NCBI GenBank assembly: GCA_028820505.1 | Contig: JAPPIT010000034.1 | Location: 25,565 to 89,564, forward strand | Origin: Defluviicoccus sp. | GTDB taxonomy: Bacteria > Pseudomonadota > Alphaproteobacteria > MPNO01 | Direction of reading: 5' to 3' | DNA: 64,000 nt | Shown: piece by piece, positions 10,090-18,837 of the stretch | Layout of the letters: each line of letters starts with the position of its first letter | How positions within the stretch are numbered: position 1 is the first letter of the stretch | The notes under the pieces: model-generated | What the model saw: only the letters and a program-made list of their open reading frames with translations | Told to the model about the DNA's origin: nothing | Databases searched by the model: none | Made by a program: the position numbers and the translations under genes

Positions 10090-10943
10090 GCCGCTGCCTC
10101 GCGCCTGGCGATCGCGCGCCCGATCAGCCGGGCGACAAGCCGCGGGATCAGTAACCGGCGGTAATCGGCCGAGCCTCTCACGTCGCTCGGCGGGTCGGCC
10201 GCCTCGACGAGAAGCGCCGCTGCCGCCGTTATCGCTTCCTCGTCAGCGACCGTTCCCACAAGGCACGCATCGGCCTCTTCGACGTGGAGCGGCACCGGTG
10301 CGCAGCCACCGAGCGCCAGCCGGGCGGCGGATATCGCGCCGCTCTCGAAGGCGATCGTCGCCGAGGCGTTGACGGTGGCTATGTCCCCGTGCACCCGGCA
10401 CACCTTCTCGTGCACGCCTGCGGAATCGGGCGCCGGAGCCGGCAGGACGACGGCGGTCACCATCTCGCCCGGCGACAGCGTCGTCGTCAGGTAGAACTCG
10501 AAGAGGTTTTCGACCGGCGTCGACCGCCGGCCGGCGGGACCGACGATCTCCACTGTCGCTCCGGCCGCCACCAGCGCCGCGACCGCGTCGGAGGAGGGGT
10601 CGGCATGGGCGATCGCGCCGCCGATCGTGCCCATGTTGCGGATGACGATGTCGATCGTGCCCAGCGCCTCGTGCAGCACGCCGTTGGCGCGGACGAGGCG
10701 CGTATCGCCAAGGACCTCGCGATGGGTTGTCATCGCACCGATGCGGAAGCCGCCGAAGCCGTCTTCTCGAATTCCATGAAGCTCCTCGATCCGGCGCAGG
10801 CTGACCAGATGCGACGGCTCGAGCATGCCGAAATTCATCATGGCGACCAGAGAGGCGCCGCCCGCGAGGCAACGCGCGTCGTCGTCGGCTGCCAGCAAAC
10901 CGACGGCCTCGTCGATCGTTCTCGGTTCGTGAAAGTCGGGCAT
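10086..10943 (-). CDS. FAD-binding subunit of molybdenum hydroxylase (CoxM-like)
   Basis: FAD-binding PCMH-type sequence (LAGGASLVAMMNFGM…); start set at MPDFHEP (ATG 10943..10941) with GGAAAGGGG upstream; 4-nt overlap with the S-subunit gene. The track ORF extends 71 aa upstream without support. Confidence 0.8.
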   Translation of the reverse strand: MPDFHEPRTIDEAVGLLAADDDARCLAGGASLVAMMNFGMLEPSHLVSLRRIEELHGIREDGFGGFRIGAMTTHREVLGDTRLVRANGVLHEALGTIDIVIRNMGTIGGAIAHADPSSDAVAALVAAGATVEIVGPAGRRSTPVENLFEFYLTTTLSPGEMVTAVVLPAPAPDSAGVHEKVCRVHGDIATVNASATIAFESGAISAARLALGGCAPVPLHVEEADACLVGTVADEEAITAAAALLVEAADPPSDVRGSADYRRLLIPRLVARLIGRAIARREAAA

Positions 10944-11213
10944 GCCCCTTTCCGCCTCGCGTTGAGCCCGAACATCATCGTGCACGCGGCCCGGGAACCC
11001 GCCCTGCGGGCGCTGGGCCGCAAGATCCGATAGCGTAGCCTCGGCCGCTCGACTGCCCCAAGTAACCGGCCCCACCGACCGGTCCGGCTGGAATGTTACT
11101 CGATTGAGGCCGTCACGCGTGAGGGCATCTTCCACCATGTTTGTGGGCTGCTGCACTCGGATGGCTCCGCGGTCGCTCCCAAGCGAACCTCAACAAGGAA
11201 CTACCGCGCCTTC

Positions 11214-11237
11214 CGGGACGCTGGAAGGCGTCCCGGC
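11214..11237. other. strong GC hairpin (CCGGGACGC-tggaag-GCGTCCCGG) in an intergenic region
   Basis: 9-bp perfect stem with a 6-nt loop, about 130 nt upstream of the ABC SBP start and about 270 nt upstream of the CoxM start; no flanking U-tract on either strand. Confidence 0.35.
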
Positions 11238-11366
11238 GAACCGCATCTCTGTCGAGAGTCCGTCGACCTTACCCGGCTTGCACCGTGCCTCGCATCGCAC
11301 TCATACTCGACCCGATACGGGGGCGATAACGGTATCGTCGGAATGAAGCAGGGGAGGTGCGGGATG

Positions 11367-12506
11367 AACATGCGTTTCACGCGACGAAGCGTCCTTAACG
11401 GTCTCGGTTCTTCGGCGGTTCTTGCGGCAGCGACGGGCGCCGCGTCGGTGTCTCCGGGGCGCATGGGCTTCGCTGCGGCGTCCTCCGACTGGCAGGCCGG
11501 GGCTCCCGACGAGTGGCACCGCATTCTGGCGGAGGCGCGCAAGGAGGGTCAGGTTACCGTCGCCGGATTCCCGGCGCTGGCGCGTGGCATGCCGCCGGCG
11601 TTCAAGCGCGATACCGGTATCGAGCTGAAGTTTTTCGGCGGCCGTCCGTCGGAGCTGTCCTCGCGCTTCGAGGCGGAGGCCATGGCCGACAAGATGACGC
11701 TGGACATCATGCTCGGCGGCGGACGCGAGCTCGTCAAGATGAAGCCCGGGGGCTATCTCAACCCCGTGCGGCCGCAGCTCGTTCTTCCCGGCGTCGGGCC
11801 GGAAAACTACCGCGACGGCAAGCTCAAGTTCATGGACGACGATGACCAATATCTGTTGCAGGGCGCCGAATGGGTGTTCGGCTGGCTGCTGGTCAACAAG
11901 GACATCGTCGACCCCGGCAAGATCAAGGTGTGGAAGGACATGCTCAAGCCGGAGTTCCGCGGCAAGATGATCTCGCACGACCCGCGCAGCCCGGGCCCCG
12001 GCCAAGGCGCGACCAACTGGCTCTACAACACCTTCGGCATCGAGTTCGTGAAGGAGTTCTATCTCGGGCAGCAGGCGAAATTCACCACCAGCAACCGCGG
12101 CGTGGTCGAGGAGGTGGTGCGCGGCACGAGGCCCATCGCCTTCGCGTCCATCCAGTTCTTCGTCGAGAAGTTCCGCAGGGAAGGCATCAAGAATCTTGCC
12201 GTGGTGCTGCCCGACGACGCGCCGGGCTACGTGACCGGCGGCTTCTCGGTCCTCAAGCAGGCCAAAAACGTGCCGCATCCCAACGCGGCCCAGGTCTTCA
12301 TCAACTGGTATGTCAGCCGGCCCGGCCAGGAGGTCTATGAGAAGACCATGCTCGCGACCAGCAGGCGCAAGGATGTGAAGACCGGTATCCCGAGCTACCT
12401 GGTTCCGCGGCCCGGCGTGAAGTACTTCGAGGCATACAGCGAGGAGCGTTACCTGCGCCGGAAGGTGGTGGTGAAGGCGATCACCGACGCGCTCGGCAAG
12501 CGCTGA
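11367..12506 (+). CDS. ABC transporter periplasmic substrate-binding protein (Fe3+/2-aminoethylphosphonate SBP family), Tat signal
   Basis: Twin-arginine signal MNMRFTRRSVLNGLG…AAA; SBP-like length; GGGGAGG SD before the ATG at 11367; first gene of a 5-gene same-strand cluster. Confidence 0.75.
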   Translation, partial: NMRFTRRSVLNGLGSSAVLAAATGAASVSPGRMGFAAASSDWQAGAPDEWHRILAEARKEGQVTVAGFPALARGMPPAFKRDTGIELKFFGGRPSELSSRFEAEAMADKMTLDIMLGGGRELVKMKPGGYLNPVRPQLVLPGVGPENYRDGKLKFMDDDDQYLLQGAEWVFGWLLVNKDIVDPGKIKVWKDMLKPEFRGKMISHDPRSPGPGQGATNWLYNTFGIEFVKEFYLGQQAKFTTSNRGVVEEVVRGTRPIAFASIQFFVEKFRREGIKNLAVVLPDDAPGYVTGGFSVLKQAKNVPHPNAAQVFINWYVSRPGQEVYEKTMLATSRRKDVKTGIPSYLVPRPGVKYFEAYSEERYLRRKVVVKAITDALGKR

Positions 12507-12528
12507 CCGCCCGCCCGAGGGACGGCGC

Positions 12529-13044
12529 GTGGCGGGGGATGCCGAAGGCGCGGCGGAAGCCCTGTTGCGGGGCGCCCGCCGCGCCGGCGTGGATGCCTGC
12601 GTCTACCTGCCGGACAGCGTGTTGTTCGGCACCATCCGGGCCTTCCGCGCCAGCGGGGAGGTGCTGATGGTGCCCTGCGCGCGCGAGGACGAAGGCATCG
12701 CCATCGCCGTCGGGCTCGATCTCGGGGGGCGTAATCCGGTGTGCCTGATGGAGGCGTCCGGCCTCGGATACAGCGGGCTGATCCTCGCCCGCGCCCAGGT
12801 CCAGCGGACGCCGGTCGTGATCCTTGCGAGCCATACCGCGGGCGGCGGCGAGCCGATGGACTACCACGGCGCCACGCGGCTCCTGTCCGAAGGCGTGTTC
12901 AGAGGGCTCGGCATACCCTTCGAGATCGCGACCGACTTCGACGGGCTGGAAGACCGGATATTCCGGGCGGTCCAGACCGCGCGCGGACAGCGCACCTGTT
13001 TCGGGCTCCTGGTCCCGCCCCATGTCATGCGGGGAGCGTCCTGA
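12529..13044 (+). CDS. thiamine-diphosphate-dependent decarboxylase alpha subunit (sulfopyruvate/phosphonopyruvate decarboxylase ComD-like)
   Basis: 171 aa TPP-enzyme N-terminal (Pyr) domain; GTG start 12529 with GAGGGA 6 nt upstream; stop overlaps the next start (cTGATGg). Confidence 0.7.
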   Translation: MAGDAEGAAEALLRGARRAGVDACVYLPDSVLFGTIRAFRASGEVLMVPCAREDEGIAIAVGLDLGGRNPVCLMEASGLGYSGLILARAQVQRTPVVILASHTAGGGEPMDYHGATRLLSEGVFRGLGIPFEIATDFDGLEDRIFRAVQTARGQRTCFGLLVPPHVMRGAS

Positions 13045-13631
13045 TGGACCGAATCGAGGCGATGGACATCGTCGCCGCGGCGCGCGGCGACGCAGCGGCG
13101 ATTGCCGGCCCGGGTGTCAACTCCGGGCTTCTCTACGCAAGGGCCGACGCGCCTGCGACCATCTACAACATGGACATGGGCTATGCGACGGCGATCGCGC
13201 TGGGCGCGGCGCTGGCGCGGCCGGACCGCAAGTTGCTCGCCATCGAGGGTGACGGGTCGTTCTTCGCGGGCGCGGCGGTGCTGTCGACGATCTGGCGGAT
13301 GCGACCCGAGAACCTCGTCGTGGTCGTGCTCGACAACGAGGTCTGGGGCACGGGCGAAGGAACCGAGCCGACCGCAACCGGCAGCGGCGCGGACATCGCC
13401 GGGCTGGCGCTCGCGAACGGTTGGGACGCCGCCCATGTCCACACCCCGGCGGGTTCGAACGAGCTCTCCGACCGGATGGGCACGGCGATGGTCGTCGCTG
13501 GCCCCCATCTCGTGGTTTGCAAGACCGACACCAGCCGCGACATGCCGTCCTCGCCCGATCGGCCGGTTCCCAGGCGCCATCAGCTCGACTGCGCGGTGAT
13601 GATGCGCGCGGAATTGAGCGGTGACGCTTAA
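13044..13631 (+). CDS. thiamine-diphosphate-dependent decarboxylase beta subunit (ComE-like, TPP-binding PP domain)
   Basis: 195 aa with TPP-binding motif GDGSFF…(N)…LDNEVWG (GDG-X24-NN-type); ATG at 13044 overlapping the alpha stop (TGATG). The track ORF 12741.. is an upstream read-through. Confidence 0.7.
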   Translation: MDRIEAMDIVAAARGDAAAIAGPGVNSGLLYARADAPATIYNMDMGYATAIALGAALARPDRKLLAIEGDGSFFAGAAVLSTIWRMRPENLVVVVLDNEVWGTGEGTEPTATGSGADIAGLALANGWDAAHVHTPAGSNELSDRMGTAMVVAGPHLVVCKTDTSRDMPSSPDRPVPRRHQLDCAVMMRAELSGDA

Positions 13632-15390
13632 GACCGGCCCGGTCGCCGCTTTGGCCGGAACGGCTTTATCCGAAAACGATCCTGGCGCGGGCTGGACCGG
13701 CCCGGTCGCCGAGACCCTGCTGCGCGGCTTCGGCTGGCTCTGCCTGGCGGCGGTGGCCGCGATCTGCATCCTGCCGGTGCTGCTGATCGTCCTCGGCGGG
13801 TTCAGCGAGGGCGAGCCGATCAACGCGTTCGCCCCGACCCTGGAGCCCTGGGCGCGGGCGCTGGAGAGCAAGCACACGATCGATTCCATCGTGACGTCGT
13901 TCGTGCTCAGCCTGCGCGTGCCGGCGGCGATGCTTATCGCCTTCTTCATCGCCTGGTACCTCGCCCGCAACGACGTCTTCGGCAAGCGCGCCATCATGTT
14001 CTCGCTCTGGGTCGGCTTTTTCCTGCCGATCCTGCCGGCGACCCTCGGCTGGATTCTGCTCCTCGACCCCAATTTCGGGCTGGTCAACGACTGGCTCAAG
14101 AACCTCCCCTTCGTGAGCGGGCCGGCGTTCGACATCTACTCGCTGGGCGGAATCACCTGGGTGCATATCACCCTGTCCACTATCCCGATCATGGTGATCC
14201 TGATCGAGCCGGCCCAGCGGCTGATCGACGCCTCGTTCGAGGAGGCCTCGACCATGTCGGGTGCGGGTACGCTGACGACCCTCCGGCGGGTGACGGTCCC
14301 GCTGATCGCGCCGACCCTGCTGACGGCGTTCATCGCCGGCACGATCCGGTCGCTCGAGGCCTTCGAGGTCGAGCAGCTGCTCGGCCTGCCGGCCGACATC
14401 CTGGTCTATTCCACGCGCATCTATCACCTGCTGAGGGTGATACCGCCGGACGCGCCGCAGTCGATGGCGCTGAGCTCCTTTTTTCTCGTTATCATGTTCG
14501 TGCTGGTCCTCGTTTACCGGGTATGGCTGCAGCGGGCGAGCATGGCCGCGACGCTGACCGGCAGGGGCGCGAAGCTTCAGCCGCGCCAGCGCACGCGGGG
14601 CTCCTACGCGGTCTCGGCCTTCCTGTTTCTGGCCGTCGCGGTGACCATCGGCCTTCCCTTCCTGATGGTTCTGCTGAGTTCGTTCAGCCGGCTTTTCGGC
14701 TTTTTCCACCTGCCCGATCCGTGGACCTTCGGGCACTGGGCGACGGTGCTGGAAGGCGACGAGTTCCTCCGTGCGGTCAACCAGTCGCTGATGACCGGCG
14801 CGGCGGTGGCCATCGCCGGTACGACGATCTATCTCGGCCTCGCCTGGTTCATCGCCCGCAACGCGTTTCCGGGAAAGGGCGCGCTCTCGCTTGCGATCTG
14901 GATGCCCTGGGCGCTGCCGGGCGTTCTGCTCGGGACTGCGTTCCTGGTGATCTTCCTCAACGCGCCGGGGCTGACGATCTTTTACGGGACGGCGGTCGCC
15001 CTGGTCACGGTGCTGATCGTCCAGGGCCTGCCCTTCGCGACCCATCTGTTCGAAGCCTCGATCGGCCAGGTCTCGCGCGAGCTCGAAGAGTCCTCGCTGA
15101 TGAGCGGGGCCGGAAGGCTGGAGACCGTCCTCCGTATCACCGCGCCGCTGGTCGCCCCCGTCGTCGCGACCGTGTTCGTGCTGTCCTTCATGTCGGCGAT
15201 CAAGGACATCAGCGCGACCGTGCTGGTGTCGACGCCCGACACCCTCACCCTGCCGCTGCTGATGTTCGTTTACGCAACGTCGGGACGGCTCGAAGTCGCC
15301 GCGGTGGTCGGCGTGATCACCGTGCTGATCGCCATGGCGATGGCGCTGCTCGTCACCTGGATCGGCGACCGCGCGGCGGTGATCCGATGA
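13621..15390 (+). CDS. ABC transporter permease, fused two-domain type (iron(III)/2-AEP PhnU2-like)
   Basis: 589 aa, about 12 TM segments in two repeated halves, each with an EAA-like loop; GTG start overlaps the decarboxylase-beta stop. Confidence 0.85.
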   Translation: MTLKTGPVAALAGTALSENDPGAGWTGPVAETLLRGFGWLCLAAVAAICILPVLLIVLGGFSEGEPINAFAPTLEPWARALESKHTIDSIVTSFVLSLRVPAAMLIAFFIAWYLARNDVFGKRAIMFSLWVGFFLPILPATLGWILLLDPNFGLVNDWLKNLPFVSGPAFDIYSLGGITWVHITLSTIPIMVILIEPAQRLIDASFEEASTMSGAGTLTTLRRVTVPLIAPTLLTAFIAGTIRSLEAFEVEQLLGLPADILVYSTRIYHLLRVIPPDAPQSMALSSFFLVIMFVLVLVYRVWLQRASMAATLTGRGAKLQPRQRTRGSYAVSAFLFLAVAVTIGLPFLMVLLSSFSRLFGFFHLPDPWTFGHWATVLEGDEFLRAVNQSLMTGAAVAIAGTTIYLGLAWFIARNAFPGKGALSLAIWMPWALPGVLLGTAFLVIFLNAPGLTIFYGTAVALVTVLIVQGLPFATHLFEASIGQVSRELEESSLMSGAGRLETVLRITAPLVAPVVATVFVLSFMSAIKDISATVLVSTPDTLTLPLLMFVYATSGRLEVAAVVGVITVLIAMAMALLVTWIGDRAAVIR

Positions 15391-16535
15391 GCGCGGGCAT
15401 GAAGCTGGTCGTCGAAGACCTGCGCAAGGACTATCACCGCCAGGCGCGGCGGCGCGGCGAGGACGACAAGCCCGCGCTCGACGGGGTGAGCCTCGCCATC
15501 GAGGATGGCGCGTTCTTCACCCTGCTCGGCCCGTCGGGTTGCGGCAAGACCACCCTGCTCCGCTGCATCGCCGGGCTCGAAATCCCCGACGGCGGCGAGA
15601 TTCGGCTGGGCGACCGGATACTGTTTTCGTCGGCCAGGGGCATCAACGTTTCGCCCAACCGGCGCAACCTCGGCATGGTGTTCCAGTCCTACGCGATCTG
15701 GCCGCACATGGATGTCTCCGAAAACGTCGCCTACCCGTTGACGGTTCGCGGTCGACGGGGAACCTACGGCCGGGCGGACATCGACCGCCGGGTCGCCGAG
15801 CTGCTGGACGTGATCCAGATCGCCCATCTCGCGAAACGCAAGGCGACGATGCTTTCCGGCGGACAACAACAGCGCCTCGCCGTGGCCCGCGCACTGGTGA
15901 TGGAGCCGCCGGTTCTGCTCCTGGACGAGCCGCTGTCGAACCTCGACACGCGGTTGCGGGAAGACCTGCGGGTGGAGCTCACCCGCATCCAGGAACGGCT
16001 CGGCGTGACGTCGATCTATGTCACCCACGACCAGGCCGAAGCGCTGGCGATGTCTTCCTCGCTCGCGGTCATGCGGGACGGCGCGATCGAACAGCGCGGC
16101 ACGCCGGAGGAGCTTTACGACTACCCGCGCACGCGGTTCGTCGCCTCCTTTCTCGGCGCCGCCAACCTGGTCGAGGCCCGGGTGCGCTCGGTCGACGACA
16201 GGGGGGCCGACCTGTACCGGTTCGGTGCGGAGACCGTCTGGGGCGCCCGCTTCGATGCGGTGGGCCGGGTGCCGTTCCGCCCGGGCGACCGCGTTTCGGC
16301 CGCCCTCCGGCCCGAGGGCGTGCAGGTGATCCCGCGCGCCGAAACCGGAACCGACGATGCGTGGTCGGGCGCGATCGAGTCGGTACAGTTCCTGGGGGAC
16401 GCGGTGGTCTATTTCGTCCGGCTGCGCGATGTCCTGCTTCGCGCGCGGTCGGATCGCGGCGGACGCCGCTTCGCCGCCGGCGATGCCGTCCGCATCGAGC
16501 TGCGCAGCGAAGCCTGTACCCTGGTCGCCGACTGA
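15387..16535 (+). CDS. ABC transporter ATP-binding protein with C-terminal TOBE domain
   Basis: Walker A GPSGCGKTT, signature LSGGQQQRLAVARAL, Walker B LLLDEP; ATG 15387 overlaps the permease stop (ATGA). Confidence 0.9.
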   Translation: MSAGMKLVVEDLRKDYHRQARRRGEDDKPALDGVSLAIEDGAFFTLLGPSGCGKTTLLRCIAGLEIPDGGEIRLGDRILFSSARGINVSPNRRNLGMVFQSYAIWPHMDVSENVAYPLTVRGRRGTYGRADIDRRVAELLDVIQIAHLAKRKATMLSGGQQQRLAVARALVMEPPVLLLDEPLSNLDTRLREDLRVELTRIQERLGVTSIYVTHDQAEALAMSSSLAVMRDGAIEQRGTPEELYDYPRTRFVASFLGAANLVEARVRSVDDRGADLYRFGAETVWGARFDAVGRVPFRPGDRVSAALRPEGVQVIPRAETGTDDAWSGAIESVQFLGDAVVYFVRLRDVLLRARSDRGGRRFAAGDAVRIELRSEACTLVAD

Positions 16536-16543
16536 GCGACGCC

Positions 16544-17371
16544 TCAGCGGTAGACCGCCTGCGCGCAGCCGGTATCGAAGCCCTCGATGGGCGCATAGAA
16601 CACGCGTTCCGCGCGGCGCCCGGCGAAGGCGCCCGCCAGCACGATCCAGGACCGGACCTCGCCCGTCGAGCTGCCGGCCGCCGTCATCCGGGCATCGCCC
16701 AGCCCGGCCAGCGCCGCGCCGTCGCCGGTGCACAGCCGGTCGAGGAACCACTCGTCGAAGCCGGCGTCGATGCGGCCCTGGTCCAGCGTGCCGACGGAAT
16801 GGGACAACCCGCCGGTCGCGACGATCCCCACCCGCTTGGATGCCGGCCAGTCCGCGATCGCCGCGGCGAGCCAGCGCCCCACGGCGAAGCACCGCCGGGC
16901 CGAGGGCATCGGGGCCGACGCGCAGTTGACGAATACCGGGATCATCGGCACCCGGCCGTCCGGGTCCAGCTTGTGCAGCGGGACCATCATCCCGTGATCG
17001 ACCTCCCAGAACTCCGACACCGCCCAGTCCACGCCCTCGTCGAGGCCGCGTTCGATCAGGTAGCGGGCGAGTTGGGGGTCGCTCGGCACCTCGCGCCAGG
17101 GATAGCCGACGTCCCGCGTCCTGCCCTCGACCGGGCCGGCGAAGCTGTCGAACAGACCCATGCAGAAGGCCGGCATGTTATCGATGAAGAACTTGTTGAC
17201 GTGCTCGGCGGAGACGATGAGACAGACGTCGGGAGCGGCCTCGCGGAGCGCCGCGGCAAGCCGGGCGTAGCCGGCGTCGAAGGCGGCGACCTCGGCCGGG
17301 TCGCCGGCATCGCGTGCATTCACGATATGGGCGAGATGCGAGGTGGCCAGCCCCAGGCAGAGCTCAGCCAT
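16544..17371 (-). CDS. class III extradiol ring-cleavage dioxygenase catalytic (LigB/CarBb-like) subunit
   Basis: 275 aa LigB-family sequence (…SAEHVNKFF…GGLSHS…); start overlaps the stop of the small-subunit gene. Confidence 0.8.
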   Translation of the reverse strand: MAELCLGLATSHLAHIVNARDAGDPAEVAAFDAGYARLAAALREAAPDVCLIVSAEHVNKFFIDNMPAFCMGLFDSFAGPVEGRTRDVGYPWREVPSDPQLARYLIERGLDEGVDWAVSEFWEVDHGMMVPLHKLDPDGRVPMIPVFVNCASAPMPSARRCFAVGRWLAAAIADWPASKRVGIVATGGLSHSVGTLDQGRIDAGFDEWFLDRLCTGDGAALAGLGDARMTAAGSSTGEVRSWIVLAGAFAGRRAERVFYAPIEGFDTGCAQAVYR

Positions 17372-17645
17372 GCCCGTCCGCCTCCACGGCGATGGCGGCG
17401 AACTTCCCGGGCGGGTGGCCGTGCAGCATGAAGTACTTGAAGACGAGGTTGGGCAGGGCCCCGCGGTCGAGCAGCGCCCGCCACCCCGGCGCCTCGAGGG
17501 CGGCGCGCGCCTCCTCGTCCAGCGGGTAGCGGTCGAGCCAGGCCGCCCGGTCCGCGCCGAATTCCCGCCGGCGGGCCGGGTCGCCGAGGTCGAACAGGGC
17601 GCGGTTGAGCCAGTAGCGCGCCGAAGCGGGCGGGGTCCCGGTCAC
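17364..17645 (-). CDS. extradiol dioxygenase small (LigA/CarBa-like) subunit
   Basis: About 94-aa product (VTGTPPASARYWLNRALFDLGDPARRREFGADRAAWLDRYPLDEEARAALEAPGWRALLDRGALPNLVFKYFMLHG…) resembling LigA-domain proteins; GTG at 17645..17643 overlaps the upstream Rieske stop (GTGA). The track shows only a longer 160-aa ORF whose N-terminus is GC-junk. Confidence 0.5.
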   Translation of the reverse strand: MTGTPPASARYWLNRALFDLGDPARRREFGADRAAWLDRYPLDEEARAALEAPGWRALLDRGALPNLVFKYFMLHGHPPGKFAAIAVEADGHG

Positions 17646-18826
17646 GGAGCGCGCCGTCCGGCATACCCGCGGCCCTGGATGCCGCGATTGTGCTTGCTGG
17701 CGAGCTTGCGCCATTCGGTGACCACCACGTCCGGGCGGTAGAGCCGCTCGCGATTCCAGCCGTCCTCCTCGCTGTAGAACCGCTCCATCGCCTCGCGGGC
17801 GAACACGTCCTCGTCGTTGAAGCGGTCGACCACCATCTCGCGCCAATATGTGTCGACCTCGTGAGCGAAGCGTTCCTGCTCGACCGGATCCGATACCCGC
17901 TTGCCCCAGGTGACCATGTAGTAGTGGGAATGCTCATCAATGGGGACGTACCATTCGAAATGGGTGATGCCGAGAGCCGGGAACGGATCGACCTTCAGAC
18001 CGCAGGGCATCCAGAGCGACGTGTCGGTGCCCTTGGAGCCCGCGCGGTCTTCATCGGGCATGGTCCGGGCGGCGATTCTCTCGCCCTCGATCTCGGTCTC
18101 CCAGACGGAGATCTTGCGGCCCGCCCCCTTGACGACGCCCTTGGGACCGCCGGGCGTATCCACCACCATGTCTTCGCGGGTAACGAAATAGCTCGCCAGC
18201 GGAACGGCGCGGCCGAGCGCGCTCAGCAGCCGCGAGTTGCGGTGGATGTAAATATGCGACGCATCGACCCCGTTCTCCGCCGCGAGGCGCCAGTTGCTCC
18301 TCACCACGCCCCGGTCGCCGTCGGGTGCGATATAGAGGTCGTCGTCGAGGAAGCCCGGCTGTACGTCCTCGACCAGCGGCGGCGGGTCGCCGTCGCCGAT
18401 GAAGACGAAGACGACGTTCTGCCGTTCCTCGACACGATAGGTCCTGAGCGCGACCTTGCCGATGAGCGGGCTCTCGGGGTCGGTGACGATCGCCACCAGC
18501 TTGCCGTCCCTGAGATCGTAGGTGAAGCCGTGATACCAGCAGGTCACCGTGTTGGCCGAGTAGCATTCGGGACGTGCCGAGAACGGAACCCCGCGATGGG
18601 CGCAACGGTCCTCGATCGCGTAGACACGACCGCCGATGCGCTTGAACAGCACCCGTTCGGCGAGGAGCTCCAGCCCCAGGCACTCCCCTTCCGCGATCTC
18701 CTTCGAGAAGCAGGCGGGGTACCAGTGATTGCGGAAGCCGAGTGCCGCCTTGAGATAGGACGCCCAGGGCTTGTTGTCGAAGTCCGCTTCCGGTCCGGCC
18801 GCAAGGTCCGTTTCGCTGTCCGCCAT
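17642..18826 (-). CDS. Rieske non-heme-iron oxygenase, single-component alpha type (CarAa/phthalate-dioxygenase-like)
   Basis: CAHRG…CWYHGF Rieske motif; RNHWYPAC N-terminal motif; start MADSETD (ATG 18826..18824) with GAAGGGGG SD; the track ORF adds 28 unsupported residues. Confidence 0.8.
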   Translation of the reverse strand: MADSETDLAAGPEADFDNKPWASYLKAALGFRNHWYPACFSKEIAEGECLGLELLAERVLFKRIGGRVYAIEDRCAHRGVPFSARPECYSANTVTCWYHGFTYDLRDGKLVAIVTDPESPLIGKVALRTYRVEERQNVVFVFIGDGDPPPLVEDVQPGFLDDDLYIAPDGDRGVVRSNWRLAAENGVDASHIYIHRNSRLLSALGRAVPLASYFVTREDMVVDTPGGPKGVVKGAGRKISVWETEIEGERIAARTMPDEDRAGSKGTDTSLWMPCGLKVDPFPALGITHFEWYVPIDEHSHYYMVTWGKRVSDPVEQERFAHEVDTYWREMVVDRFNDEDVFAREAMERFYSEEDGWNRERLYRPDVVVTEWRKLASKHNRGIQGRGYAGRRAP

Positions 18827-18837
18827 GCGTACCCCCT

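Noticed and set aside
7299-10943. Form-I carbon-monoxide dehydrogenase (coxMSL)
   Set aside because: Gene order matches, but the large subunit lacks the VAYRCSFR active-site loop and has no CoxD/E/F/G accessory genes. Called a generic xanthine-dehydrogenase-family hydroxylase instead.
12529-13631. Single-chain TPP enzyme split by a frameshift
   Set aside because: The alpha/beta boundary is a clean TGATG overlap with an SD-like GGGGAG upstream. The subunit sizes match natural two-subunit ComDE-type decarboxylases, so it was treated as a genuine heterodimer rather than a pseudogene.
13666-16892. Long minus-strand ORFs (459 aa, 540 aa) opposite the ABC permease and ATPase genes
   Set aside because: Arg/Gly/Pro/Asp-rich low-complexity translations typical of antisense frames in high-GC DNA; the plus-strand genes have clear ABC motifs.
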